Source: Armatimonadota bacterium (GTDB taxonomy: Bacteria > Sysuimicrobiota > Sysuimicrobiia > Sysuimicrobiales > Humicultoraceae). Taken from it: a stretch of DNA of 19,001 nt. A model generated the notes under the pieces. The model did not search any database. It was not told the DNA's origin and saw only the letters and a list, made by a program, of their open reading frames with translations. Positions 7,778 through 15,900 of the stretch are shown here, piece by piece. The translations under genes were made by a program, and so were the position numbers. The DNA lies in the NCBI GenBank assembly GCA_052386995.1, contig JBQTJP010000016.1, positions 1 to 19,001 of the forward strand. The letters run 5' to 3'. The first letter of the stretch is position 1. Every line of letters starts with the position of its first letter.

Positions 7778-8472
7778 GGGTAATCCTCCATTCGCGCAGA
7801 GCGGAGTTGCCGAGCCCTCGCCAGGCCGCCCATGGCTGCGAGGAGCGCGAGCAGGCCCAGGAGGCCTTGGCCACGCGGACTGACCACGCCTGCTCCCGCG
7901 GTCCGCAGGATGCGACCGAAACGCGCCGGGAAGGATTCGTAGTCGAACGAGACCTCTCGAGCGGCCGGCGTGAATACAAATGTCTGAATCTTGCCGTCCC
8001 GCATGATCGTCGTCAGACAGCTGGCGGTTGGGACGCCGGGCAGGAACAGGCCGTAGCGGATCGTCAGGCTTCGAAGAGGGCGGGGCCAGCCGAACGTGAG
8101 CATCAGGGTGCTGTGGCCCCCTGGCGCGGCGGCCAGACCGGAAGGAGCGGAAGCCGTGGGCTCGATCGTGAGGGCGCCCACCTGCTCTCCGTCCCTGAGG
8201 ACGATCCGCTCCCTCAGTGCCGTCGTGAGAACGTCCCGCTGTGCGCGCACCTCTTCCGGCGAGAGCCGGCCATCCCTATCGCGGTCGGCCAATGCTATCA
8301 GGCCGGTGGGGAACACGAGAATCATCTGCACGCTCGACTGCTCCACCACTATCTCGGCAACTGCAAGGTCCGCCCAGTGAGCGTCGGCGGGGTGCACGGA
8401 AGATAGCATCGCGATCAGACCAAGGAGGACCGCGCCAAGGGGTGTTCGCATCGACCGTATCGCGATCCGCAT
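7774..8472 (-). CDS. Exported, C-terminally anchored protein resembling the N-terminal domain of long HupE/UreJ proteins, with an EF-hand-like loop
   Basis: ATG 8472 after GAGGGA; signal peptide ending ADA-HWADLAVAEI; DRDRDGRLSPEE loop; single C-terminal TM; stop overlaps the next ATG (ATGA). Confidence 0.7.
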   Translation of the reverse strand: MRIAIRSMRTPLGAVLLGLIAMLSSVHPADAHWADLAVAEIVVEQSSVQMILVFPTGLIALADRDRDGRLSPEEVRAQRDVLTTALRERIVLRDGEQVGALTIEPTASAPSGLAAAPGGHSTLMLTFGWPRPLRSLTIRYGLFLPGVPTASCLTTIMRDGKIQTFVFTPAAREVSFDYESFPARFGRILRTAGAGVVSPRGQGLLGLLALLAAMGGLARARQLRSARMEDYP

Positions 8473-8479
8473 CGTTCCC

Positions 8480-9895
8480 TCAGGGTTCCACGCCGAGCGC
8501 GCGGCGGGTCTGGCGATCAAACCTCGGATCTGTGGTCCGCGCCTTCTCGAAGAAGGCCTCGGCCTGCGCGCGGTTGCCCAGCGCCTGCTCGATCAGGCCG
8601 GCCCTATAGAACAACCCAGCATCTCGGACGCCCCAGCTGAGCGCATCGCGCATCGCCTCACGGGCCTCCGCCGGCCGGCCGTTGAGCGATAGCGCCCAGG
8701 CCAGAATGCTCAGGGTCTCGGCATCGCGGCGGGTCCGAACCTCGGCCCGCATCAGCGTCAACGCCTCTTCCGCGTTACCGGGACGCCCGCGTTCCAATAG
8801 AAGATGTGCGAGTTCTCGGCGGTGGCCGAAGGTACCCTGGGCGACATCTCTACGCAACCGTGTCTCGGCCTGATCCCAGAGGTCACTCGCCGCTGCGCTA
8901 TCATTTTGAAGAACCTTCAGGCGCCCCATGCCGCGGAGGACGGCGTGATCGTAGATGTTCGGAGACGCCGAGATTGTGCCTACCTGCGAGAGGTGCCGCT
9001 CGGCCGAGCGGTACGCGCCGGTGCGGGTCTCGAGTTCGGCGAGCTGGATCAGCGCTAGGGGATGCTGCGGCAGAATGCGCAGGGCTTCCGAGTAGAGCGA
9101 CCGCGCAAGATCGAGGCGCCCACGCCTCGCATGGAGCCGACCCAGCAATGTTCTGGCCAGCGCCGATCCTCCGGTTTCGCCGGGTTCTTCGGCGGCGATT
9201 GCCCGCTGGAAGTCCACCACCGCCTCGTCATCTTTGCCCCTGGCGACGTAGACCAATGCGCGCAGCGTGAGGCTCCCCAGTGTCGGCGTGCGCTTCACCA
9301 TGGCGTCGGCGGCCTGCTCGGCGGTCGCGACGTCGCCGGCCCCCAGGCCCGCGGTGACGACGATCGCGAGGGCATCCTCCTGCGCGCTGACCCGGCCGGC
9401 CAGCCGGATTGCCTCCTTGAAGTCGTGCCGCGCCTCTGCGACTTTTGCCAGCACAACCACGGCGCCGTCGTTGGAGAAGGGCAGGTTGGCGATCGAGCGG
9501 CGCGCCGCCTGCTCGGCGAGCAGGTACCAGCTGAGGTTGCCGGTCGCACGGGCCATTCTGAGGTAGGTAGCCCCGAGCAGGGCAAGATTGAGCCCGCTTT
9601 GAGGATCGCGCGCGATACGCTCCTGATAGAATGCGATCTCCTGCTCGAGCGCCCGCGTCACGCTGCCCCGGGTCGCGCGCTCGAAGCGGTAGCGGTAGGC
9701 TTCGACTCCGGCCACGCTCGCGTCGCCGCCGGTCAGGTGGCGCAGCACGGGCAGACCGAGCACCAGCAGCGCTGCGATGAGTGCTACCGTCGCTACCACG
9801 ATGACACGGAAAGACGTCGGTCCCTTACTCACGCCTTCATCCCCCGCTGATGGAGGGGACGAGCGACGCCCGGGCTTGTTCCTTCGGTCACTCAC
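8480..9895 (-). CDS. Tetratricopeptide-repeat protein with N-terminal membrane anchor
   Basis: One N-terminal TM then Ala/Leu-rich TPR helical repeats (e.g. YRAGLIEQALGNRAQAEAFFEKA); usual position after a DUF4331 gene. Confidence 0.88.
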   Translation of the reverse strand: MSDRRNKPGRRSSPPSAGDEGVSKGPTSFRVIVVATVALIAALLVLGLPVLRHLTGGDASVAGVEAYRYRFERATRGSVTRALEQEIAFYQERIARDPQSGLNLALLGATYLRMARATGNLSWYLLAEQAARRSIANLPFSNDGAVVVLAKVAEARHDFKEAIRLAGRVSAQEDALAIVVTAGLGAGDVATAEQAADAMVKRTPTLGSLTLRALVYVARGKDDEAVVDFQRAIAAEEPGETGGSALARTLLGRLHARRGRLDLARSLYSEALRILPQHPLALIQLAELETRTGAYRSAERHLSQVGTISASPNIYDHAVLRGMGRLKVLQNDSAAASDLWDQAETRLRRDVAQGTFGHRRELAHLLLERGRPGNAEEALTLMRAEVRTRRDAETLSILAWALSLNGRPAEAREAMRDALSWGVRDAGLFYRAGLIEQALGNRAQAEAFFEKARTTDPRFDRQTRRALGVEP

Positions 9896-9920
9896 CGGGC
9901 GCCGCCGTTCGCCCTTTCGA

Positions 9921-11147
9921 CTAGTTCGGTGGCGCCAGGAACGGGAACGCTGGCAGCAGGGGCTTGTGCCTCGTGCCGCCCAGGTTGGGTCCGTTGTACG
10001 AGACGTTGTCGGTTCGGAACGCCGGCGGCAGGTTGGCCGCCACGACGCTCAGCGTAATGTCGATCACATCATCCAGGAGCAGGCGCCCGGTGATGGGTCG
10101 TCCAGATGTGTTCGCCGCGCGCGCGTAGCCGCTCCGCTGCGTGGTATCGATGCGCATGACGTCGGGAAGGAAGGCGAGCGCGATCGCTAGGGCTTGGGCC
10201 TGAGAGTTGCCTACTGCCCGGAGCGTCCGGATCGCCTCTGCCAGGATCGGTGCGGCCGCGCTGGCGCACGGCTCGCGGCCGGCCAGGGCGTCGGCTTCGC
10301 AGTCGGGCCCGACGGCGTTGAGCGTGTTGAGGAAGTCGTTGGTGAAGATCAGGCCTTCATTGATGGCCGGCTGGGCCAGCCGCTCGACCTGCTTCCCTTT
10401 GAAATCGATGGTCTCCCAGACGTCGAACACCGTGGCCTTGCTCGTCCCCTGCAGGAGCGCCAGCGGTACGCTGACGACCACAGCGTTGACGTTGTACCCG
10501 GCGGCGAAGTCCAGGCCGGGGCTGCGAAAACCGGCCGCGGGACCGATGCCGAGCGCGCCCGCGCGAACGCGGAAGTACTGCTCGACGTCGAAGAAGAACG
10601 GATCCTCCCGAAGGCCGGCGTAGACGCGGACCTTGTGCCCACGGATGTCGATCTGGTTGACGATCGGGGGCCGGTCGGCCGGGCCGTTGACCGGGGTCGT
10701 CAGGATCGGGCCGCCCGAGACCGTCTGCGTGACGACGGAACGGCCCTCTCCATCGTCGAGGATGACGTTGATGACCTGCTGGTTGCCCTGCGGCTCGCGG
10801 AACTTGAACCAGAGGGTCAGGTCTTTGCGGCCGGTCGCGGCGTCGTTCTTGTTCGCAACGCGCGTTACATGGAAGTTGTATCGGGCGTTGTGGCTGAAGT
10901 AGTACTGCTGCCGGGCCACGGACCTGGGGTTGGTGTTCATGACGAAGACCAGGTCGCCCTCCGGCACTCCGGCGTTCGGATTCTGGTCCTTCTCGCGGAA
11001 CGCGTACAGGTCGGTCAGGTTCAGGGCTCGGGCTTTGTGGTCGTTCTCGCCGTCGTCGTGATCCGAGGCGACCAGTCCCCCGGGGTTGAGCAGGAGGACC
11101 ACGGCCAGACCCAGGGCAAGAATCGCCAGTGGGAGTTTGCGCTTCAC
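9921..11147 (-). CDS. DUF4331 family secreted protein
   Basis: GTG 11147 after GGAGGTGA; signal peptide ending in A-SDH; LTDLYAF, AGLREDPFFFD, AGYNV, QVERLAQPAINE, GRLLLDDVID, FPFLAPPN motifs. Confidence 0.9.
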   Translation of the reverse strand: MKRKLPLAILALGLAVVLLLNPGGLVASDHDDGENDHKARALNLTDLYAFREKDQNPNAGVPEGDLVFVMNTNPRSVARQQYYFSHNARYNFHVTRVANKNDAATGRKDLTLWFKFREPQGNQQVINVILDDGEGRSVVTQTVSGGPILTTPVNGPADRPPIVNQIDIRGHKVRVYAGLREDPFFFDVEQYFRVRAGALGIGPAAGFRSPGLDFAAGYNVNAVVVSVPLALLQGTSKATVFDVWETIDFKGKQVERLAQPAINEGLIFTNDFLNTLNAVGPDCEADALAGREPCASAAAPILAEAIRTLRAVGNSQAQALAIALAFLPDVMRIDTTQRSGYARAANTSGRPITGRLLLDDVIDITLSVVAANLPPAFRTDNVSYNGPNLGGTRHKPLLPAFPFLAPPN

Positions 11148-11347
11148 GCTTCTATCACCTCCGGCATGTGATGTGAAGCAGGCGTGCGGGAATGCACCCA
11201 GGTGTCCTCGTAATGGTGGCAACGCCATTCGAGGATCGCTCTCACCTCCTCTCGCCTATTGGCTTCCGGATTTCGTCCGAGCCTCGATCTGCGGCGACAT
11301 CATCTCGCACGCCTCCCTCGCGCGGAGGTTTGCGGGAGATTCTCCGC

Positions 11348-11367
11348 AACTATTCTTTAACTATTCT
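11348..11367. repeat. AACTATTCT direct repeat x2, 11-bp period, in an AT-rich patch
   Basis: Copies at 11348-11356 and 11359-11367. Confidence 0.8.
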
Positions 11368-11375
11368 CTTCTTTC

Positions 11376-11402
11376 TTCGCTTATGGGGCGACGGTGGATT
11401 GG
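11376..11402 (-). promoter_or_regulatory. SigK-like ECF promoter CCAATCC-N16-CGAA for the DUF4331 operon
   Basis: On the minus strand, -35 at 11402-11396 and -10 at 11379-11376; resembles the mycobacterial SigK consensus (CCATCC-N15-CCGAAT, from memory). Confidence 0.55.
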
Positions 11403-11488
11403 AGGTGTTCTACTCATCCACCGCTGGTCCCTTCACCTTGATCGGCGGAGAGGCCTGCGGCTGTTGGATCGTAGGAGGCGGGAAGCGG

Positions 11489-12250
11489 TTAGGGCGAGAG
11501 CGTGGGCGGGGAGCCGCCTGTCTGTCCGGGCGCCGCGGCGTCGGGCCGACTGCTGATCGTCAGGCCCTGCGCGTCCAGACGCACCGAGCGGATCTTGAAC
11601 GTCACCGGCCAATCGCGCTGATGGACGACGGGATTGATCCGCCGCTCTACTTCCCGGATCACCGAGACGGGCATCGGCAGCCCGTCGGCATGCAGCGTTT
11701 CGATGTAAAAGTAGATTTCGGTCGTGCCGTCGACCGCGAAGAACCCTTTCATCCGCATCCGCCTGAGCGACCCACGGAACATGACCGTGCCCGAACCGAG
11801 AAGGTAGCCCTCCTCGGTCCAGAGCCGGATGTCTTGCGTCGGACTACTGCTGCCGAGGCGGTCCCGCATGACCTTTGACGTGCCGGCGTTGAAGTGCTCC
11901 TCCAGGCTCCGGAGCAGCACGCGGACCTGCATGGCACTGTCGCGGGCATCGAGGACTCGAAGCTTCCCCGCGCGCAGGGCCTCAGGGTCGAGGCTCACAC
12001 CGACGAGATTGATCATGGCCTCGTCAACACGAAGCCCTTGCGTGAGCATGACGCGGCGACCGATCACGGTGACCCGCGCGTATCCGCCGTCATACAGGTC
12101 TGGAATCGCTTCGATCCGCAATTCGTCGGCGGAGTGCAAGAATGCCTCGAACGCCCGCCGAAGCAGGGCCTCGTCGGCCGCCGCCGGCGCGATAGCGACG
12201 GCCGCCATAATCGCGCCGGCCACGACAACCGCCAGACCCCGCACCGCCAT
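11489..12250 (-). CDS. LmeA/DUF2993-like exported protein
   Basis: Signal peptide (MAVRGLAVVVAG...APAAA); beta-rich body with LRVDEA.INL.GV.LD and C-terminal INPVV...WPVTFKIRSVRL; alternative GTG start at 12280. Confidence 0.6.
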   Translation of the reverse strand: MAVRGLAVVVAGAIMAAVAIAPAAADEALLRRAFEAFLHSADELRIEAIPDLYDGGYARVTVIGRRVMLTQGLRVDEAMINLVGVSLDPEALRAGKLRVLDARDSAMQVRVLLRSLEEHFNAGTSKVMRDRLGSSSPTQDIRLWTEEGYLLGSGTVMFRGSLRRMRMKGFFAVDGTTEIYFYIETLHADGLPMPVSVIREVERRINPVVHQRDWPVTFKIRSVRLDAQGLTISSRPDAAAPGQTGGSPPTLSP

Positions 12251-12288
12251 TCCGCTCACCGGTTGATCCGCTCGTCGCACGGCCCGCC

Positions 12289-13464
12289 TTATCTTGCCGG
12301 GGCCGTGGCCAGATTGAAGACCGTGTGGTGTTCGTCCGGATCGTACCCTCCATACACCATCCGGTAAGTGCTCTCCTTCAAGAGCACCGCGGTGCCGATC
12401 ATGATGCCCGCCCGTTCGCCGCGACCTCGATTCGTCACGAAGATCGGTGCGCCGCCCTTACTCCAATTCTTCCCATCCGCCGACTGGGCATACCCCACGC
12501 CCGCGGAGCTCTCTCCGGGCCTGCCTGTGCTGGTGGCGTCCACCGCATCGTAGAACATCTCGAACCTGGCGCCGGTCCATAGGACATAGGGGCGGCCGAC
12601 GTGGGGCTCTGCGCGTGCGCTCTCCCAGGTCTGGTCGGGTTTGATGACGTGCCCGTGCTTGGTCCAGCGGATGCCATCGGGTGAGGTCGCGTAGGCGATC
12701 GTCAGATACGTGCGGTTAGTCCGGTGCTCCCGCGCGAAACTCGTGTACCACAAATGGTACACGCGGTCCCGCACGAGCACGTGGGGATCGGCGACGTGGA
12801 TGAAATCCCAGGCGTCCCGATCCACGACGGGCGGGTTCGGCCTGAGGACCAGTCCGGCGGCGCCATGCGGCGATTCAGACGCCGGAAGGCGCGTGAACGT
12901 CCGGCCATCTGGAGAGAACGCCAGCCCGATCCCATAGCCCATCCCGATCCGCAAGAGCTGCTCGAAAGGCGCCTGCTCGACGGCGCGGTCCAGTCCCGAG
13001 TAATACATGCGGTACTTGCGCGGATGCCCGGCGGGGAGGCTCGGGTCCTTCAGGACCGAGGGGGTTTCCGTATTCGTGAGATCCCACCCGGAGCCGGCAT
13101 CCAAGGCGGGGGCCATGATCATCGTCCACCTCAGGCCGTCGGTGGATTCCGCGTACGCCGTGCGGACGCGCACGCTGCGCTCATCCTTGACGTCGTCGAG
13201 GCCGCCGTAGCCGAACCACATCTTGAACCGGTCTTCATCGAACATCAACGACGGGTCACCAACGACGAAATACAACGCGCCGGCGCGCGCGGGAATCTGC
13301 GCCGGCTTCAAGATGGGGTTGGCCGCGGCTCGGTGCCAGGCCCACGGCGCCGCGGGACCGGGCGTCCTCTCAGCGGACGCCGGAGGCACCTGGGCCGCAC
13401 TCCACCCAGCGTCCAGCCCGGCCGCGAGCGCAAGTGCTGCAAGGACGATCGCGATCGCGCGCAT
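12289..13464 (-). CDS. Secreted five-bladed beta-propeller glycoside-hydrolase-like protein (GH43/GH32/GH130-type fold)
   Basis: Signal peptide; NPIL; repeated blades GDPSL...FKMWF...YAESTDGLRW, ETPSV...YRMYY...LAFSPDGRTF, ADPHV...YHLWY...YATSPDGIRW, YAQSADGKNW. Confidence 0.85.
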   Translation of the reverse strand: MRAIAIVLAALALAAGLDAGWSAAQVPPASAERTPGPAAPWAWHRAAANPILKPAQIPARAGALYFVVGDPSLMFDEDRFKMWFGYGGLDDVKDERSVRVRTAYAESTDGLRWTMIMAPALDAGSGWDLTNTETPSVLKDPSLPAGHPRKYRMYYSGLDRAVEQAPFEQLLRIGMGYGIGLAFSPDGRTFTRLPASESPHGAAGLVLRPNPPVVDRDAWDFIHVADPHVLVRDRVYHLWYTSFAREHRTNRTYLTIAYATSPDGIRWTKHGHVIKPDQTWESARAEPHVGRPYVLWTGARFEMFYDAVDATSTGRPGESSAGVGYAQSADGKNWSKGGAPIFVTNRGRGERAGIMIGTAVLLKESTYRMVYGGYDPDEHHTVFNLATAPAR

Positions 13465-13467
13465 GCC

Positions 13468-14478
13468 TCACCGCACCCCCAGAGGTCGATACGTCCCGAT
13501 TCGCAATATTGACCCAAGCGCGGCGCCCGTACCGCCCAGCCAGAGCGCCGCGGTGAGGGCCCATCCGACGATGGGCATGAGCAGGGTGAGTCCGATGATC
13601 CCGGATCCCCAGGCCACCTCAGCCCGTGGGTCGCCCGATCCCCCGGAGACGTCGAGGAGCCGTGAGCCGACGCCCGTTGCCGCGATCGCTGCGCCCCAGA
13701 CGAAGAGGACGCTCTCCGCCGTCACAACGATGACGCCGAGCAGACCCCCGACCACCTCGCCCAGCAATTGACTGCCCGCCGCGAGGATCAAGAACACCGC
13801 GAACTGGGCGACACCGAGGCCGAATGACGCGCCCGGCCGCGCCGAGAGCCCGCCGGCCGCAAACCGCGTTCGATCAGGGATGAGGGCAAGGAGAAGGATC
13901 GAGCTGCCGGCGACGCCGACCGCCAGCAGCAGAACCGCGGCGATGTACGCGATCGCCAGGAGCACCAGGGAGACCAGGTCTCTGAGCTCTTTGTCAAAGC
14001 CGGCCGGGATCTGCCCCGGGGATTGCTGGGCGAACGCGGGGCCGGCTGCCAGTGCCATCCCGACGATGATCAGGGCCACAACGGCCAGCGGCCGCGCGGC
14101 GGCAAGGCGGCGCGAGGCGAGGAGCCCCGCCAGGAGTGCCGCGGCTGCGGCGGGGAGGAGGGGGATCAGCCCTGGACGGGCGGGGGCGTAGGAAAACATA
14201 CTCGATAGGATACCGGCCACCGCCTCGAAGCCCTCGACGCCCCGCGCGGCGGCGATCCCGGTCACGGCTGCGATCTTCGCCAGCCCCACGAATACCGCGA
14301 AGACGAGGCCTGTCGCACCCAGCCAGACGCCGCCCGAAAGATCGCGCCGGGTCGCCCGGCGCGCCGCGAGGGCCACAGCATGCACAAGTCCGCCAGGCAC
14401 GGCGCCGCGTTCTGCGCCGCATACAGCCGTCAGCGCCTCCTCGATGAACCGCTCGCCGTCATCGGCTGTCTTGGCCAC
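13468..14478 (-). CDS. Multi-pass membrane protein, possible anti-sigma or sigma-regulated envelope protein
   Basis: Start reassigned to GTG 14478 (SD AGAGGAG at 14495-14489; the longer ATG 14547 extension overlaps an ECF promoter). Short soluble N-terminus then many TM segments; C-terminal PIVGW...GGTGA motif. Confidence 0.7.
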   Translation of the reverse strand: MAKTADDGERFIEEALTAVCGAERGAVPGGLVHAVALAARRATRRDLSGGVWLGATGLVFAVFVGLAKIAAVTGIAAARGVEGFEAVAGILSSMFSYAPARPGLIPLLPAAAAALLAGLLASRRLAAARPLAVVALIIVGMALAAGPAFAQQSPGQIPAGFDKELRDLVSLVLLAIAYIAAVLLLAVGVAGSSILLLALIPDRTRFAAGGLSARPGASFGLGVAQFAVFLILAAGSQLLGEVVGGLLGVIVVTAESVLFVWGAAIAATGVGSRLLDVSGGSGDPRAEVAWGSGIIGLTLLMPIVGWALTAALWLGGTGAALGSILRIGTYRPLGVR

Positions 14479-14505
14479 GCAGCATCCGCTCCTCTCAGTG
14501 TGTCC

Positions 14506-14531
14506 TACGTGCCGGGGCCGCGCGGGTTTCA
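14506..14531 (-). promoter_or_regulatory. SigW-type ECF promoter TGAAAC-N16-CGTA
   Basis: Exact match to the Bacillus subtilis SigW consensus; -35 at 14531-14526, -10 at 14509-14506; directly downstream of an ECF sigma gene and upstream of an SD. Confidence 0.8.
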
Positions 14532-14589
14532 CCCTCGCGGGTTTCATTCCCCGCGCCGCCTGGGCGGCGTCGGGCTGCGCCCGGCCGGC

Positions 14590-15141
14590 TCATGCTTGAT
14601 CGGGCTCGCGCGTGATCATGCGACGCAGCCGCTCGCGCGCGCGGTGCAGGTGGGTCTTCACCGTTCCCTCCGGGACGCCCATCACCCGCGCGATTTCCTC
14701 GACCGGGAGCCCCGCGGCGTATCGAAGTTCGATCACCCGGCGGTATCGCTCGGGGAGATGCTCGATGGCCCGCGCCAAGTGCTGCGCGGCCTGCTGCCCG
14801 GTGAGACTCGCGACGGTGCGCTCCTCGACGGTGTCGGCGGCGGCGGGCTCGGGAATGTCATCCAGCGGCACCGTGCGACGGCGCCGGCGATAGATGTCCG
14901 TGCAGACGTTTGCGGCGATCCGCCACAGCCAGGGCGCGAACGCGGCGCCTCGCCGAAACGTGGGGAGCGCCCGGAACACGCGGAGCCACGTCTCCTGCAC
15001 CGCATCGGCCGCATCGTCTTGATTGTGCAGGTACCGGTTGGCGAACCGCGACAGCGGTGTCAGATAGATGCGCGCGAGGACTTCGCCAGCCGCCGCGTCT
15101 CCCGCTCTGGCCCGCTCAATCAGGTCCGCCTCATCGGTCAA
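14590..15141 (-). CDS. ECF RNA polymerase sigma factor (SigW/RpoE-like)
   Basis: Region 2 DAADAVQETWLRVFR...FAPWLWRIAAN; region 4 LPERYRRVIELRY...EEIARVMGVPEGTVKTHLHRAR; TTG start overlaps the upstream TGA. Confidence 0.96.
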   Translation of the reverse strand: MTDEADLIERARAGDAAAGEVLARIYLTPLSRFANRYLHNQDDAADAVQETWLRVFRALPTFRRGAAFAPWLWRIAANVCTDIYRRRRRTVPLDDIPEPAAADTVEERTVASLTGQQAAQHLARAIEHLPERYRRVIELRYAAGLPVEEIARVMGVPEGTVKTHLHRARERLRRMITREPDQA

Positions 15142-15736
15142 GGGCCAATGCGAAAGTCGTCGATGTAGAAGGACGCCTTTGTGTGCTCGTGCGAGAAAAG
15201 GCCGGCGAAGTCGGCAATCGTGATCCAGGCGATCTGGCCAACGTCGAGGCGGGCGTTCTCATCGGCGTTCCCCGGACTGCTGGTGTCCAGTACGAACTGC
15301 CGCGATGTCGGGTGAACCTCTTCCATTGGCCCACCGGGAGCGTCACCGTGTAGCCGTAGCCGGAGCCATCCCGCTCGGTGAGGTACATGCCGAGCTGCCC
15401 GGCCCGCATGGATTTGATCCAGAAACTCAGCGTGATCGCCGGCTGGTCTGGGACGTCGAGCGGCCTGGCGATGGCGAAATACGTGTGTGGGGCGACGGTG
15501 TAGGTCCCCTCCATGGCCCCGGCGCCGATCTTCACATGCTCCTTGAGGAGGGTGACGCGCACCTGACCGGGACCAAAGACCGCCCGCCACCCCTCGAGAC
15601 CGCCATCGAATGTCCAGTGGAGCGCCGGCATCGCAGCGGTGGCGCGCGCGGTGAGCCCTGGTCCCGCCGGGCCGCCGGCAGACACGCCGAGCAGCACGAT
15701 CGCGGTCGCTGCGAGAGTCGCGAGCTTCGGAGCCAC
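15138..15736 (-). pseudogene. Secreted carbohydrate-binding-like (CBM11/CIA30-like beta-sandwich) protein split by a 1-nt frameshift near 15310
   Basis: Frame 1: signal peptide, WTFDGGLEGW...LSFWIKS...ERDGSGY...LPVGQWKRFT. Frame 2 continues TSRQFVLD...DENARLDVGQI...FYIDDFRIGP*. The span is 599 nt (3n-1). Confidence 0.8.
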
Positions 15737-15900
15737 GGAGGCTCACCTCCGTTGCCGCTCTACGGCAAGGGTCTTGGGGCTTGCGCCCACGCGTTCCAAA
15801 GAGACCTTCCCTGGCCGCGGGGAGCCTAGACGACATGCGGAACGCGGACGCGGACCCTGCGGCGGCGCCGCGGCCCTCGTGGGATATACGGCGATCCCGG

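Noticed and set aside
11390..11470. Fluoride-riboswitch-like look (GGAGGTGTTCT...ACCGC...CCTGC) on the + strand
   Set aside because: Key conserved segments do not match, and no + strand gene lies downstream.
15755..15830. Cobalamin riboswitch (GGGAAGG ... AAGCC...AGACC..GCC fragments)
   Set aside because: Lacks the conserved core (GGGAA-CGGTG-AAT-CC and GCAACTGT/GCCACTG); kept only as an unassigned structured leader.
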